DNA of 64,000 nt from a virus. The stretch is taken from positions 1 through 64,000 of IMG/VR virus record IMGVR_UViG_3300010401_000002. One strand, given 5' to 3'. Positions 1-8,749 of the stretch are shown here, one piece after another (the first letter of the stretch is position 1; each line of letters starts with the position of its first letter). The position numbers were made by a program, and so were the translations under genes. The notes under the pieces were generated by a model, which ran no database searches, was not told where the DNA came from, and was given only the letters and a program-made list of their open reading frames with translations.

Positions 1-2
1 AA

Positions 3-113
3 CTTTCACCAGAGCAAATTGAACGTAAGGCAGAGGTTGAGCGTGTCGGTGGCATATACTACGAAGCAAAAGATATAAATAGTTTTATAACATTTTACGA
101 TGGCATCAAATAA
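3..113 (+). CDS. C-terminal fragment of a VRR-NUC-like nuclease (cut by window edge)
   Basis: Hand translation LSPEQIERKAEVERVGGIYYEAKDINSF...; LSxxQ...GGxY is typical of VRR-NUC C-termini. Confidence 0.55.
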   Translation, partial: LSPEQIERKAEVERVGGIYYEAKDINSFITFYDGIK

Positions 114-285
114 ACCACAATTCATTCGTCCGAAACACAAGATGGGAGAATCTGTTATGGTCAAGCAAACAGGCGCACTTGGAGCAATTATAAAGATTGA
201 ACCGTCTAATGGCAGCTATATTTACATGATGGAAAATGTTGATGGGGCTTGGTATGAACATGAGATTGAATCATGGAAACGATGA
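100..285 (+). CDS. small hypothetical protein (SH3/KOW-like pattern)
   Basis: 61-aa ORF, PKHKMGESVMVKQTGALGAI pattern, overlaps upstream stop. Confidence 0.55.
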   Translation: MASNKPQFIRPKHKMGESVMVKQTGALGAIIKIEPSNGSYIYMMENVDGAWYEHEIESWKR

Positions 286-335
286 TTGAACATGGTAGTT
301 ACATTTATTGGAATCAAATTATACAAACAAGCAAA

Positions 336-533
336 ATGAAAAAAGAAAAAGTAAGCAAGTTGTTGTTCTCAAAGAACAGTAAAAATCAATGGTCGTGGAG
401 ATTGATTTCTCCGAACGGCAAGAAAATCGCTTGGTCAGGAGAGGAATATTTGACCCGCGCAGGTTGTAAGAAAGGATGGCAGGCTTTGTTTGCGGCAGTT
501 GAATCGGGACGATATAAGGTTGAGGGGGCATGA
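336..533 (+). CDS. DUF1508/YegP-family protein
   Basis: KNSKNQWSWRLISPNGKKIAWSGEEY.TRAGC matches the family pattern; ATG 336 follows an A-rich tract. Confidence 0.8.
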   Translation: MKKEKVSKLLFSKNSKNQWSWRLISPNGKKIAWSGEEYLTRAGCKKGWQALFAAVESGRYKVEGA

Positions 534-928
534 CCAAGCACAAGCCCTACAACTTCCTAATCAAAGGAACAGTCTATCCATTCGACATACTTGTAAGCGT
601 TGACGAACCCGATATAAAAATCATTGAAACATTACTGCTACTTGGCGTTCCTAAAGAATCATTTGACGATGAATTAAAACGAAAGTTATTAATGAAAGAT
701 ACAGTTGGCGCAAGGTGTGTGATGTTAGAAACAAATCAAACTGTTATAAGAGTAAGGTCACAAAACAGCAGGGACAGGACGATACAAAAGTTGGTTCACG
801 AATTATTTCATCACATGGCATTTTTATTTGACAGGATAGGAATAAAGTTAGTTGCTGAAACAAGTGACGAAGCCTTTGCATATTATTTGGAATGGGTTAC
901 GAGAGAGGCGTTATTGAAATTAAAATAA
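530..928 (+). CDS. HExxH metallopeptidase-like phage protein
   Basis: LVHELFH and downstream DEAFAY; ATGA overlap with the previous gene. Confidence 0.65.
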   Translation: MTKHKPYNFLIKGTVYPFDILVSVDEPDIKIIETLLLLGVPKESFDDELKRKLLMKDTVGARCVMLETNQTVIRVRSQNSRDRTIQKLVHELFHHMAFLFDRIGIKLVAETSDEAFAYYLEWVTREALLKLK

Positions 929-934
929 AAATAT

Positions 935-1258
935 ATGAAATTACATCACAGCAAACCCGTTATTAAGCAAATGAAGTCCGTAGGCGAACTTCTCGAATAC
1001 CATTACCAGCTTGAAGCAAAACGAAAATCATTGAGTTATGAGTATTGGAAAGATATTGCATGGATTCGCAATTTCTATTCGCTCTATCAAAAACACATTG
1101 ATAAGCTGCTAACTAAAATAAGTGAACTAAACACAAAATATTATATATCGGTTGACGGTGTTATAACAAACCCAGAAACACTTTTGCCCGGCATGAAAGA
1201 AGAAGATTATAATGCGGAATTGAAACCTTTTTTAAACGAAATGGTGGAGGTGAGATAG
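935..1258 (+). CDS. hypothetical protein
   Basis: 107-aa ORF with A-rich leader in the same operon. Confidence 0.6.
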   Translation: MKLHHSKPVIKQMKSVGELLEYHYQLEAKRKSLSYEYWKDIAWIRNFYSLYQKHIDKLLTKISELNTKYYISVDGVITNPETLLPGMKEEDYNAELKPFLNEMVEVR

Positions 1259-1260
1259 CA

Positions 1261-1713
1261 TCACCATTCGATTACCTGCAATGAAGTAGATTCTGATGTG
1301 CCCATAAAGCTGCACAATAAAGTCACGGCATCGTAACTACGGCTATACTCGTAATATTTGCGGGTCGGGGCGTGAACCAATTTGAAATCGCACACAGGCT
1401 TAATTGTCAACGAATAAGATTCAATAGGGGAACAAAATATAACGAAGCGCAACTTTTCGTAGATGTCGTTTGATTCATTTACTAAACAAAACCTCCCTTG
1501 ATACTTGCACCTGCAAAGATTGTATTTCTCACCCGGCTTTAAAATACTTGATGGCGTAGTTGTACTCACAGCGCAGGATTCAATCGCGCAATATGACATG
1601 ATGTGCTGCCAATTATGGTAGAGGCTTAAAATACTCCAATCATTTCTCCATAACCCTCTTTGTAAAACCAACCCGCTTTTTTGCCCCGCCCAATTATCTG
1701 CTAAACTTTTCAT
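1261..1713 (-). CDS. divergent DUF5675-like (L,D-transpeptidase-fold) protein
   Basis: LVLQR...SILSLY...CAIE...LKPGEKYNL...SRSYDAV follows the recalled DUF5675 layout; own minus-strand promoter box. Confidence 0.4.
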   Translation of the reverse strand: MKSLADNWAGQKSGLVLQRGLWRNDWSILSLYHNWQHIMSYCAIESCAVSTTTPSSILKPGEKYNLCRCKYQGRFCLVNESNDIYEKLRFVIFCSPIESYSLTIKPVCDFKLVHAPTRKYYEYSRSYDAVTLLCSFMGTSESTSLQVIEW

Positions 1714-1738
1714 TGAGATATACTCTTTTCTAAAAACA

Positions 1739-1786
1739 CAAATTTAACAAATATTTGCAAAAGAGAATTATAATGTTTTATCTTTG
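1739..1786. promoter_or_regulatory. divergent Bacteroidota sigma-A promoters
   Basis: + strand TTTG(1754-57)-N21-TATCTTTG(1779-86); - strand TAAATTTG (1739-46). Confidence 0.75.
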
Positions 1787-1827
1787 TCAAAATAAGCGAC
1801 AACAAACGGCTACATACCCATACAAAA

Positions 1828-2178
1828 ATGAAACAAGACTTCACCGCATCAGAATATCGCGCACAGCCTGAAAATAAATTCACCGAAATCGAATCCACTT
1901 GCAGGTTAGAAGCAGAAAAGTATTTTCAGAAGCACGAAGATAAGCATGAGATGCTCTCAAAAACGATTGAGGCAGGCGATTGTACCATAGAATTTAGTGC
2001 AAATCGTACAGGAATACTTCATAGTAGCGTGCCCCATTGGACACTGTTTGACTTGTGTATTGAAAACATAACAGCAACAGTTCCTGACCCGCCAAAGAAA
2101 ACTAAAGTGGTTGAAGTAGAAGACGAAATTGATGAACCAGAAGTAGAGCCAATCGCAAAACCAAAAGGAAAGAAATAA
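1828..2178 (+). CDS. hypothetical protein, first gene of the head operon
   Basis: 116-aa ORF downstream of the promoter. Confidence 0.65.
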   Translation: MKQDFTASEYRAQPENKFTEIESTCRLEAEKYFQKHEDKHEMLSKTIEAGDCTIEFSANRTGILHSSVPHWTLFDLCIENITATVPDPPKKTKVVEVEDEIDEPEVEPIAKPKGKK

Positions 2179-2203
2179 TAATTTCAACTAAATAAAGTCT
2201 ATT

Positions 2204-3280
2204 ATGGCAGATATAATTTTATCAAAAGAAGATGTCGCAGGAATGATTGACAGGGGAGAAATCAACCCCGAAGATTACAAGCAATCTGATAAACCTGCGC
2301 CTAAAGCAGAAGAAAAGGCCGACCTCGATGATGATACGCCAATAGAGAAACCTACGCCAGAACCAAAAAAAGAAAAGAAAGTAAAAGCTGCTGCTGCACC
2401 CGCAAAGGTAGCCGACCCTGTTACAGAACTTCCAGACCCAACAGTAGTTGAAAATGAAGATGTTGTGACAGGTGATGCGGACAAGCCTTTTTGGGAGAAA
2501 GACCCCGAACCAGCAAAAGTTGACTTTGAAAAAGAATTAAAGGCAACTAAAGCCGAATTAGAATTAGCAAAAAAATCAATTGATAGCGACCCCGTTTTAA
2601 AGGCGTGGTTAAAAGCTAAAAAAGAAGGAAAAGACCCGGTTCAGGCAGTAAAAAATCTGTTACTACAAGACCCATCAAATATATCGGATGACGAACTTAT
2701 CGCAGCAGACTTAATGCAGGAAGAAAAGTTGAGTAAAGAAGAAGCGATTGAAAGAGTTGAAGGCATGGATGCTTATTTAAAGAAAAGATTAGCCAAGCCG
2801 CTAAAGGACGCTTTAATTTCGCAACACCAAAGCCAATTTAAAGAATTTGGATTCAACGATTATCTTGAATCCCAAAAAGTACCCGAAGAATTAGAAACTT
2901 TCGCCAACGACCTTACCTCGCAGATAGAGGGTGGCACAGGCAAAAAGTTATTTAATATATTGACACAGGACGAGAAGGTAACAAAAACAATGTTATCTAA
3001 CCTTTCTAAGTCAGACTGTTTCTCGCCAACAGACGAAAATGGCAAATTTGATGCTGATACAGCCAAACTAATTATGATTGTGAAAGACAAAAACCTCCGC
3101 AAGCAATTTTTGGGTGAAATCGCAAAAACATATCAAGATAAAGGTATGCGTGAAGGATTAGCTACAACAAAGGCAGACAGACCTATTGTTTCAGGCGGAC
3201 AGGGATTGGCAGCGTCCAAAACCTCAGCCGATGATATGATAAAGAGTTCTGAAACTGTTTACACTGTATCTAATAAGTAA
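2204..3280 (+). CDS. putative capsid scaffolding protein
   Basis: Acidic, P/K/E-rich disordered N-half plus helical C-half, directly upstream of the capsid gene. Confidence 0.6.
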   Translation: MADIILSKEDVAGMIDRGEINPEDYKQSDKPAPKAEEKADLDDDTPIEKPTPEPKKEKKVKAAAAPAKVADPVTELPDPTVVENEDVVTGDADKPFWEKDPEPAKVDFEKELKATKAELELAKKSIDSDPVLKAWLKAKKEGKDPVQAVKNLLLQDPSNISDDELIAADLMQEEKLSKEEAIERVEGMDAYLKKRLAKPLKDALISQHQSQFKEFGFNDYLESQKVPEELETFANDLTSQIEGGTGKKLFNILTQDEKVTKTMLSNLSKSDCFSPTDENGKFDADTAKLIMIVKDKNLRKQFLGEIAKTYQDKGMREGLATTKADRPIVSGGQGLAASKTSADDMIKSSETVYTVSNK

Positions 3281-3370
3281 ACGCTCATCCATAGCCAGAT
3301 TGATTACTCCTACAGGGAGTGACAGCAAGTGCCGCATTGTTTAATTTCCAAAATTTTAATTTAACAAACA

Positions 3371-4762
3371 ATGTCATATACATCACAAAATTTAAGAGCA
3401 GCACCGAATTTTTTCCAAAATGGATTCTATGCGGTACAAAGTGATGCCCCATTTATACAGATGGGCTTCAATAATGAGTACAGGGACATGCAGTTTTTAA
3501 AGATGCTTAATACAGGCAGCGTAAAATCAGTATTTACCGAACGACCAAATGGTGTTTATGAGCGCCAAAGAGTTGACAGTCCATACCGTAACGCAACAGT
3601 ATTAACGAGAACTGTATCAGGTAACAATTTAATATTAACCTTCACTGAACCCGATATTGATTACATCAGGGATACAGAGGTTTTATGCGACCCTGCAAGC
3701 GCAACAAACGCAATTGTACAGTTCGCTACAAAGGGAACGGTAACAATTGAGCCGCTTGATGCACCTGCATTTCCTGCAAGCGTATTTGCAGTAGGCGCAA
3801 TCATAAACGTTGTCGGAGGTTTGGCAACGATTCATCGTAGCGGTGGATTAACAAACCTTACACGCGATAGCCGTCCTGAAACATTTCTTTCGGCAATATT
3901 CCGTGACAGCGCAAACACATCTTCACGTGCAAACATTCAACTCCAATACATCTACGGTGAATTGGGAGGCCAGAAAAACAAATTGTATTCATACACAGAC
4001 GACCAAGCGCAAGCTGCAATCCGTCTTATGATTGCAAAAGTTTATATGGGATGGCGCGGCAAGAACGTAATCACTCAAACATCAAGAGGCGCAGTAGCGC
4101 AGCCATGCGGCATTGATTATGCGATTCAGAAAGACGGTGAAATTATTGATATTACATCGCCTCCAACAGCAGCTTACTTACGCCAGTTGGTGCAGCAATC
4201 GTTGTCAATTTCATCACAAGGAAATCAGGACATTCTTATTGCAGGAGGCCGTTTGGCAATTGAGAATATTCGCCAGTTGATTGCACCCGCAGTAATTGCA
4301 TCCGGTGATAGAAACACCTACAACGTTGGGCCGGGCGAAGGTATCCGTTCAATGGGTTGGAGAGAATCAGATGCTAATATTCAGTTGTCGGTAGTTCCAT
4401 TCCTTGCAAATCAGGAAGTTGGTTCACCCGCAACAGGACTTGCAAATCTACCGGGCACAATGGCGCAAAACACATTCTACATCTTTAACCGCACACCAAT
4501 ACCAACAGTAGGTGGTGGAACGGTTGGCCGTGTTCAGGATTTGTATTGGAAAGGCGAAGATGCAATGGAAGAAGGTAAACTTTGGATTAAAGGAATACCG
4601 GGTATGCGTGGCGACACAGGTCAGGCATGGGACAGCGCAATGGGCGCAGGGGCACAAATGACAGCATCACCAATAGACGCAGCGATGAGCGAACTTCTTT
4701 GGGATGGTGGACACGTAATGAACATGACAGGTTGTATTAAAGTTCAACCCTACGTAGCATAA
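3371..4762 (+). CDS. major capsid protein (crAss-like/Bacteroidota podovirus type)
   Basis: 463 aa after scaffold; strongly biased codons; ETFLSAIFRDS, GIDYAIQ and IAGGRLA segments resemble HK97-fold capsid proteins. Confidence 0.7.
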   Translation: MSYTSQNLRAAPNFFQNGFYAVQSDAPFIQMGFNNEYRDMQFLKMLNTGSVKSVFTERPNGVYERQRVDSPYRNATVLTRTVSGNNLILTFTEPDIDYIRDTEVLCDPASATNAIVQFATKGTVTIEPLDAPAFPASVFAVGAIINVVGGLATIHRSGGLTNLTRDSRPETFLSAIFRDSANTSSRANIQLQYIYGELGGQKNKLYSYTDDQAQAAIRLMIAKVYMGWRGKNVITQTSRGAVAQPCGIDYAIQKDGEIIDITSPPTAAYLRQLVQQSLSISSQGNQDILIAGGRLAIENIRQLIAPAVIASGDRNTYNVGPGEGIRSMGWRESDANIQLSVVPFLANQEVGSPATGLANLPGTMAQNTFYIFNRTPIPTVGGGTVGRVQDLYWKGEDAMEEGKLWIKGIPGMRGDTGQAWDSAMGAGAQMTASPIDAAMSELLWDGGHVMNMTGCIKVQPYVA

Positions 4763-4790
4763 TAATATAACAATTTAATACATAAAGAAA

Positions 4791-5663
4791 ATGTTACAAG
4801 CAAAAGAAGACCAGTTTATTGTTATATATCCTTCCACTCCTTATGTGGGTGCAACTGATATTTCTATTACTACCAATGGGGCGTTAAAGTTAAACATCCC
4901 TCCGGCAGCAACGGCAGCAGCAAAATGGACTACGGTAGGTCAGATTAATGACGTAGTTCCAAATACGATTACGAAAATTGGCTATGCAGACGAAGTGGCA
5001 TCGGCAATGACTATTGTATTTCCAACATCATCATCAGGCACACAGCCTGTTGCAGGAAATACTTATGGCATACAGATTAACCCATCGTACCCTGCATTTA
5101 GCTCACCATCGTCAACAGTTCCTGTTCCGCCAGCAGGCGCACCTAACTATGCGCAGCCCTACATCATCAATTACACAGCATCATCGGCAGATACCACATG
5201 GTCAATCCTTGCGGGAAACATGAAGCTGTTAATTGACAAAATGGGTGCACGTTACGGAACGTTTTCGTGTGGCACAGCAGGTACTACCACGATAACGCTT
5301 ACCATTACAGGTATTACAGGTGTAAATGCAGGTCTATTGAGAATTGTAAAGATAAGCGACCCAACAGGTTCACTTACAGTTGCAACTACAGTGGCAGGTA
5401 ACTTACAGCGTTACAGTGGTGCACAGTTGAACGCAAAGCAGATCATCAGCACAACTAACAACATTAATGTTACGTTCACTGAAAGCTATTACGATTTGGT
5501 TTACTTCCAGATTAAAGTTCCTGCGGGAAGTGATTTGGGCGGCGAATTAAAGACAGTACGCGATGTGTACCTGTATGTGAGTAACCCCGGTAAAACATCA
5601 GGGGGCACAACATTTACAGGATTGTTATACTCGTCAATCTTGGCAGGTGTGACTTATCCTTAA
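4791..5663 (+). CDS. auxiliary capsid/decoration protein
   Basis: T/G/S-rich beta-type protein between the capsid gene and a terminator. Confidence 0.5.
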   Translation: MLQAKEDQFIVIYPSTPYVGATDISITTNGALKLNIPPAATAAAKWTTVGQINDVVPNTITKIGYADEVASAMTIVFPTSSSGTQPVAGNTYGIQINPSYPAFSSPSSTVPVPPAGAPNYAQPYIINYTASSADTTWSILAGNMKLLIDKMGARYGTFSCGTAGTTTITLTITGITGVNAGLLRIVKISDPTGSLTVATTVAGNLQRYSGAQLNAKQIISTTNNINVTFTESYYDLVYFQIKVPAGSDLGGELKTVRDVYLYVSNPGKTSGGTTFTGLLYSSILAGVTYP

Positions 5664-5686
5664 TGGATTTAAAAGTTTGAACAAAA

Positions 5687-5724
5687 AAGCGGTGGCGAAA
5701 ACTATAGATTCGTCACCGTTTCTT
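5687..5724 (+). terminator. intrinsic terminator after the capsid genes
   Basis: AAGCGGTGGCGAA / TTCGTCACCGTTT stem, A-tract before and T-rich after. Confidence 0.7.
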
Positions 5725-5786
5725 AAAAATTTCTATACAATAAAAAGTTCATAGTAGCATATTTTAATATATAAACAGCAAAGCAA

Positions 5787-6815
5787 ATGGCAAAAAACAC
5801 ATTATCATTAACAGTACCCGAATTTAGAATGTCGGACAGCCCAACATATCTTGATTTATGGACAATGCACAAAGACAACGGTAAAGAAATATACCGATAC
5901 ATAGACAACTTTGGAGAGTACCACGAAGGAACAGACAAAGGGGTTTTTAAAACTATTTCAATTGCAAGATTACAGCCCTACGTGCTGAATTTTGACAGTA
6001 ACAACAAAAAGGATGTGACCTTTGCAAAGTTTGTAATGTCAATCCCAAGAGTAAGAGATGCAGACGGGATTACCCGTAAAAAAGTTGGAAGCATTTCAAC
6101 AGCAATGCCAATTATGGGCAGGCTTACACTTGACAGGGCAACAGAAAATTGCCATGTTATACAAACAAGAAGTCAGGTAACAAGCCATTTCCTTCCGCTA
6201 TCGTTGAAGGATAAGGTTATGGTTGCATTAAAATACGGACAAAACATTGAAGGGTTATCGCACACAAGAATCATAGAACTGATGTGTGACCCCGGCTACG
6301 ATTTAGTATTTCCACCAAAGAGCAGGGAGAATGATGGCATCGTAGAAAAACCTATCATGGTTGCAAGAGGTATATTTTGGCAGGGCGCAAACGCTGTTGA
6401 GTACATCAGGATTATGAAAGCAGGACTTAAAACTTTTGAAAAGGAAATTACCATTCAAAAAGGAATTATTTCAGGGGATATTGAATACAAAGCATCAACA
6501 GGCTATTCATTTGGTGGCCAATATGTAGGAAACGACCATTTGGCATTAAACAAAAGTTTTGCCGACCATCCTGAATTATTTATGCTATTGCAGAATCAGG
6601 TTGCCAATAAGAATTTTCAGAACGAAGATGATTTAAAGGATGTGGATGCAGTTGGGTTTGAGGAAATAAAGCCTACGGTAGCAGAGAAGACTGAACCAAT
6701 ACAAGAAGCAAAAGTGCCTGAATTTAATTTATCAAATAATAGTAACGATACGGGGTTTGAAGAAATTATGACACCAAAGTCAAAAAGTAACAAGGCAAAA
6801 GAAACAGTAGTTTAA
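5787..6815 (+). CDS. virion-module protein of unknown function
   Basis: 342-aa ORF inside the structural block. Confidence 0.6.
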   Translation: MAKNTLSLTVPEFRMSDSPTYLDLWTMHKDNGKEIYRYIDNFGEYHEGTDKGVFKTISIARLQPYVLNFDSNNKKDVTFAKFVMSIPRVRDADGITRKKVGSISTAMPIMGRLTLDRATENCHVIQTRSQVTSHFLPLSLKDKVMVALKYGQNIEGLSHTRIIELMCDPGYDLVFPPKSRENDGIVEKPIMVARGIFWQGANAVEYIRIMKAGLKTFEKEITIQKGIISGDIEYKASTGYSFGGQYVGNDHLALNKSFADHPELFMLLQNQVANKNFQNEDDLKDVDAVGFEEIKPTVAEKTEPIQEAKVPEFNLSNNSNDTGFEEIMTPKSKSNKAKETVV

Positions 6816-6946
6816 TGCGATACCACTACACACAATCAGGCAATAAGCAACCTCAAATAAACTTTTGGGTTATATTTCCACCTGCATTTTATGTAGTTCA
6901 TACAGGTTCAGAAAGTCTATTCACGTATAAAACAAATCTTGCTTAA
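6815..6946 (+). CDS. 43-aa protein missed by the ORF track
   Basis: MRYHYTQSGNKQPQINFWVIFPPAFYVVHTGSESLFTYKTNLA; TAATG overlap at the start, stop abuts the next ATG. Confidence 0.6.
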   Translation: MRYHYTQSGNKQPQINFWVIFPPAFYVVHTGSESLFTYKTNLA

Positions 6947-7681
6947 ATGGATTTCACGGACACTTTTACTAATGTTGGTTTATCAAAAGTGGTAGCCAGA
7001 GCAAAGATAGAGTTGGGTCTTGGAAATGATTCAACAGTAAACTTTGTATTAGAAAAGATTGCCGAAGAGGCCGCAACACATCTTGATAACCAAGAATCTG
7101 ATATTTATAGAGCCGTTTGCCTTGATTTGGTTTGTGGTGTAGCAGACGTTCCATGCGGGTACAGAACATTTGTAAGTGCTTGTGTGGATGGAATAGAATA
7201 CATCTATGTAAACGATGATTGGTTCAGGGCAAATAACTGTGACTGCGATGTACCGCCAGACATGCGATACTTTGGTACAGTAAGGCGAAACTACAACAAG
7301 TTAGATTTTGGCAGTGACCTAAACACACAAGCGTATCTTATTTATCAGGGGTTAAATGTTGACAGTGAAGGTAATTTAGTGATAGAACCAGAAGCAGTAG
7401 AAGTTTTAGCGTACTCAACGGTAGCAAGTTATTACCGCAGGCGACAGAACCTTGTAATGGCAAGAGAATATCAGTCAATGTACATTGCAGCAAAAAAGAA
7501 CCTTCGCGGAGTTATTGCAATCAGGCGGTCTAAGGAAGACAGACCTTCGATACAGGCAATGATGGCAGGAAGAAGTACAGCAAGTCAATGGCGGGATGCG
7601 TTTAAGGCTTTGGCTATAAGCGGAAATCCGTTTTGGAATTATAGAGGTACGGGAATTGGATTAGGCGGGATATGGGTGTAG
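6947..7681 (+). CDS. putative tail ring/adaptor protein
   Basis: Size, position and YLIYQGLNVDSEGNLVI motif resemble crAss-like ring proteins. Confidence 0.5.
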   Translation: MDFTDTFTNVGLSKVVARAKIELGLGNDSTVNFVLEKIAEEAATHLDNQESDIYRAVCLDLVCGVADVPCGYRTFVSACVDGIEYIYVNDDWFRANNCDCDVPPDMRYFGTVRRNYNKLDFGSDLNTQAYLIYQGLNVDSEGNLVIEPEAVEVLAYSTVASYYRRRQNLVMAREYQSMYIAAKKNLRGVIAIRRSKEDRPSIQAMMAGRSTASQWRDAFKALAISGNPFWNYRGTGIGLGGIWV

Positions 7682-7890
7682 CGGCATGTTATACAGAAAG
7701 GAGTAATGAGGTAATAAAGATTAGGCTGCTCAAAGAAATGGTCAATCTGAATACCCTCAAAAAAACTTTAAATAATACAGCCGAATATGATAAGCAGATA
7801 AAAATACTGCAAAAGAAAATAGAGAATATCACCATTCAGATTGAATTAGAACGCGCAGCACACGCAATAGAAGATATTGAAAGAAGATAA
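7672..7890 (+). CDS. small coiled-coil protein
   Basis: 72-aa ORF overlapping the upstream stop. Confidence 0.5.
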   Translation: MGVAACYTERSNEVIKIRLLKEMVNLNTLKKTLNNTAEYDKQIKILQKKIENITIQIELERAAHAIEDIERR

Positions 7891-7902
7891 TAACAAATAG
7901 CA

Positions 7903-8733
7903 ATGACAGGGGCTGGTTTCGATAAAATAGTTTCACGCAAGTTAAGCGCAGCCTATACAGGCTTTTATGATAGCGTGGTACGAAAACCTGATGTTTATAA
8001 AGAAGCGTTAGTACAGGCAATAAAAAATGCTTATGAAAGAGATGACGAGCAGCGCGACACCGATAAACTTTTAAATCTTATAGGTCAAACGGTATTAACA
8101 CTTACCTTAAGCGCATATCAAATGTCACTTATAACCGACTACTATCATTTGCTTACTATAAAGTGCTTGTGTCAGGATTATAATTTTGATTTTTCAGATG
8201 CAACACTGCAAAGCAACATCAGCCCGAATCAACTGTCATTCACGTATAGTAATCAGTTAAGGGATAAAGAAATTGTGCAAATTAACGGCACTAATTATTA
8301 TGCAAAAATGATTAGGCCAAAAGTATATACACTATATACCGATGCGGGATTGATAACACCAACAGCAGCAGATAACAAGACTTTTACAACGCCCAAGCGA
8401 TACGTTTATTATTACGCAAAGCAACAATACCCCGACCAATTGATAGGACTATATGGCCAAGCAACAATATATCTTCCAAGGTGGCTGTTCTATGATAGCA
8501 AAATACAGATACTCCCCGATGCAGCAGAAGCAACGATGTATTATGTAAAGAATCCGCCTGTTGCAATTGACCCATTAGATGTTTCAACCGATTTAGAATT
8601 GACCTATCCATACGATTTGCTGATTGATGCAGCCAACGAAGCGTGTCAGATTATAGCAAAAGAAAAACGTGCATGGAATCTATACGGTGCGCAGAAATCG
8701 GATAATCAACAATCACAAACGGTTTTGATGTAA
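7903..8733 (+). CDS. putative tail ring/adaptor protein
   Basis: MYYVKNP...DLEL...LLIDAA C-terminal pattern typical of podovirus ring proteins. Confidence 0.5.
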   Translation: MTGAGFDKIVSRKLSAAYTGFYDSVVRKPDVYKEALVQAIKNAYERDDEQRDTDKLLNLIGQTVLTLTLSAYQMSLITDYYHLLTIKCLCQDYNFDFSDATLQSNISPNQLSFTYSNQLRDKEIVQINGTNYYAKMIRPKVYTLYTDAGLITPTAADNKTFTTPKRYVYYYAKQQYPDQLIGLYGQATIYLPRWLFYDSKIQILPDAAEATMYYVKNPPVAIDPLDVSTDLELTYPYDLLIDAANEACQIIAKEKRAWNLYGAQKSDNQQSQTVLM

Positions 8734-8749
8734 TACCTTATAGAATGAA

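Noticed and set aside
3304-3322. Hairpin in the capsid gene leader
   Set aside because: Short stem with G-U pairs and a 3-nt loop; too weak to call.
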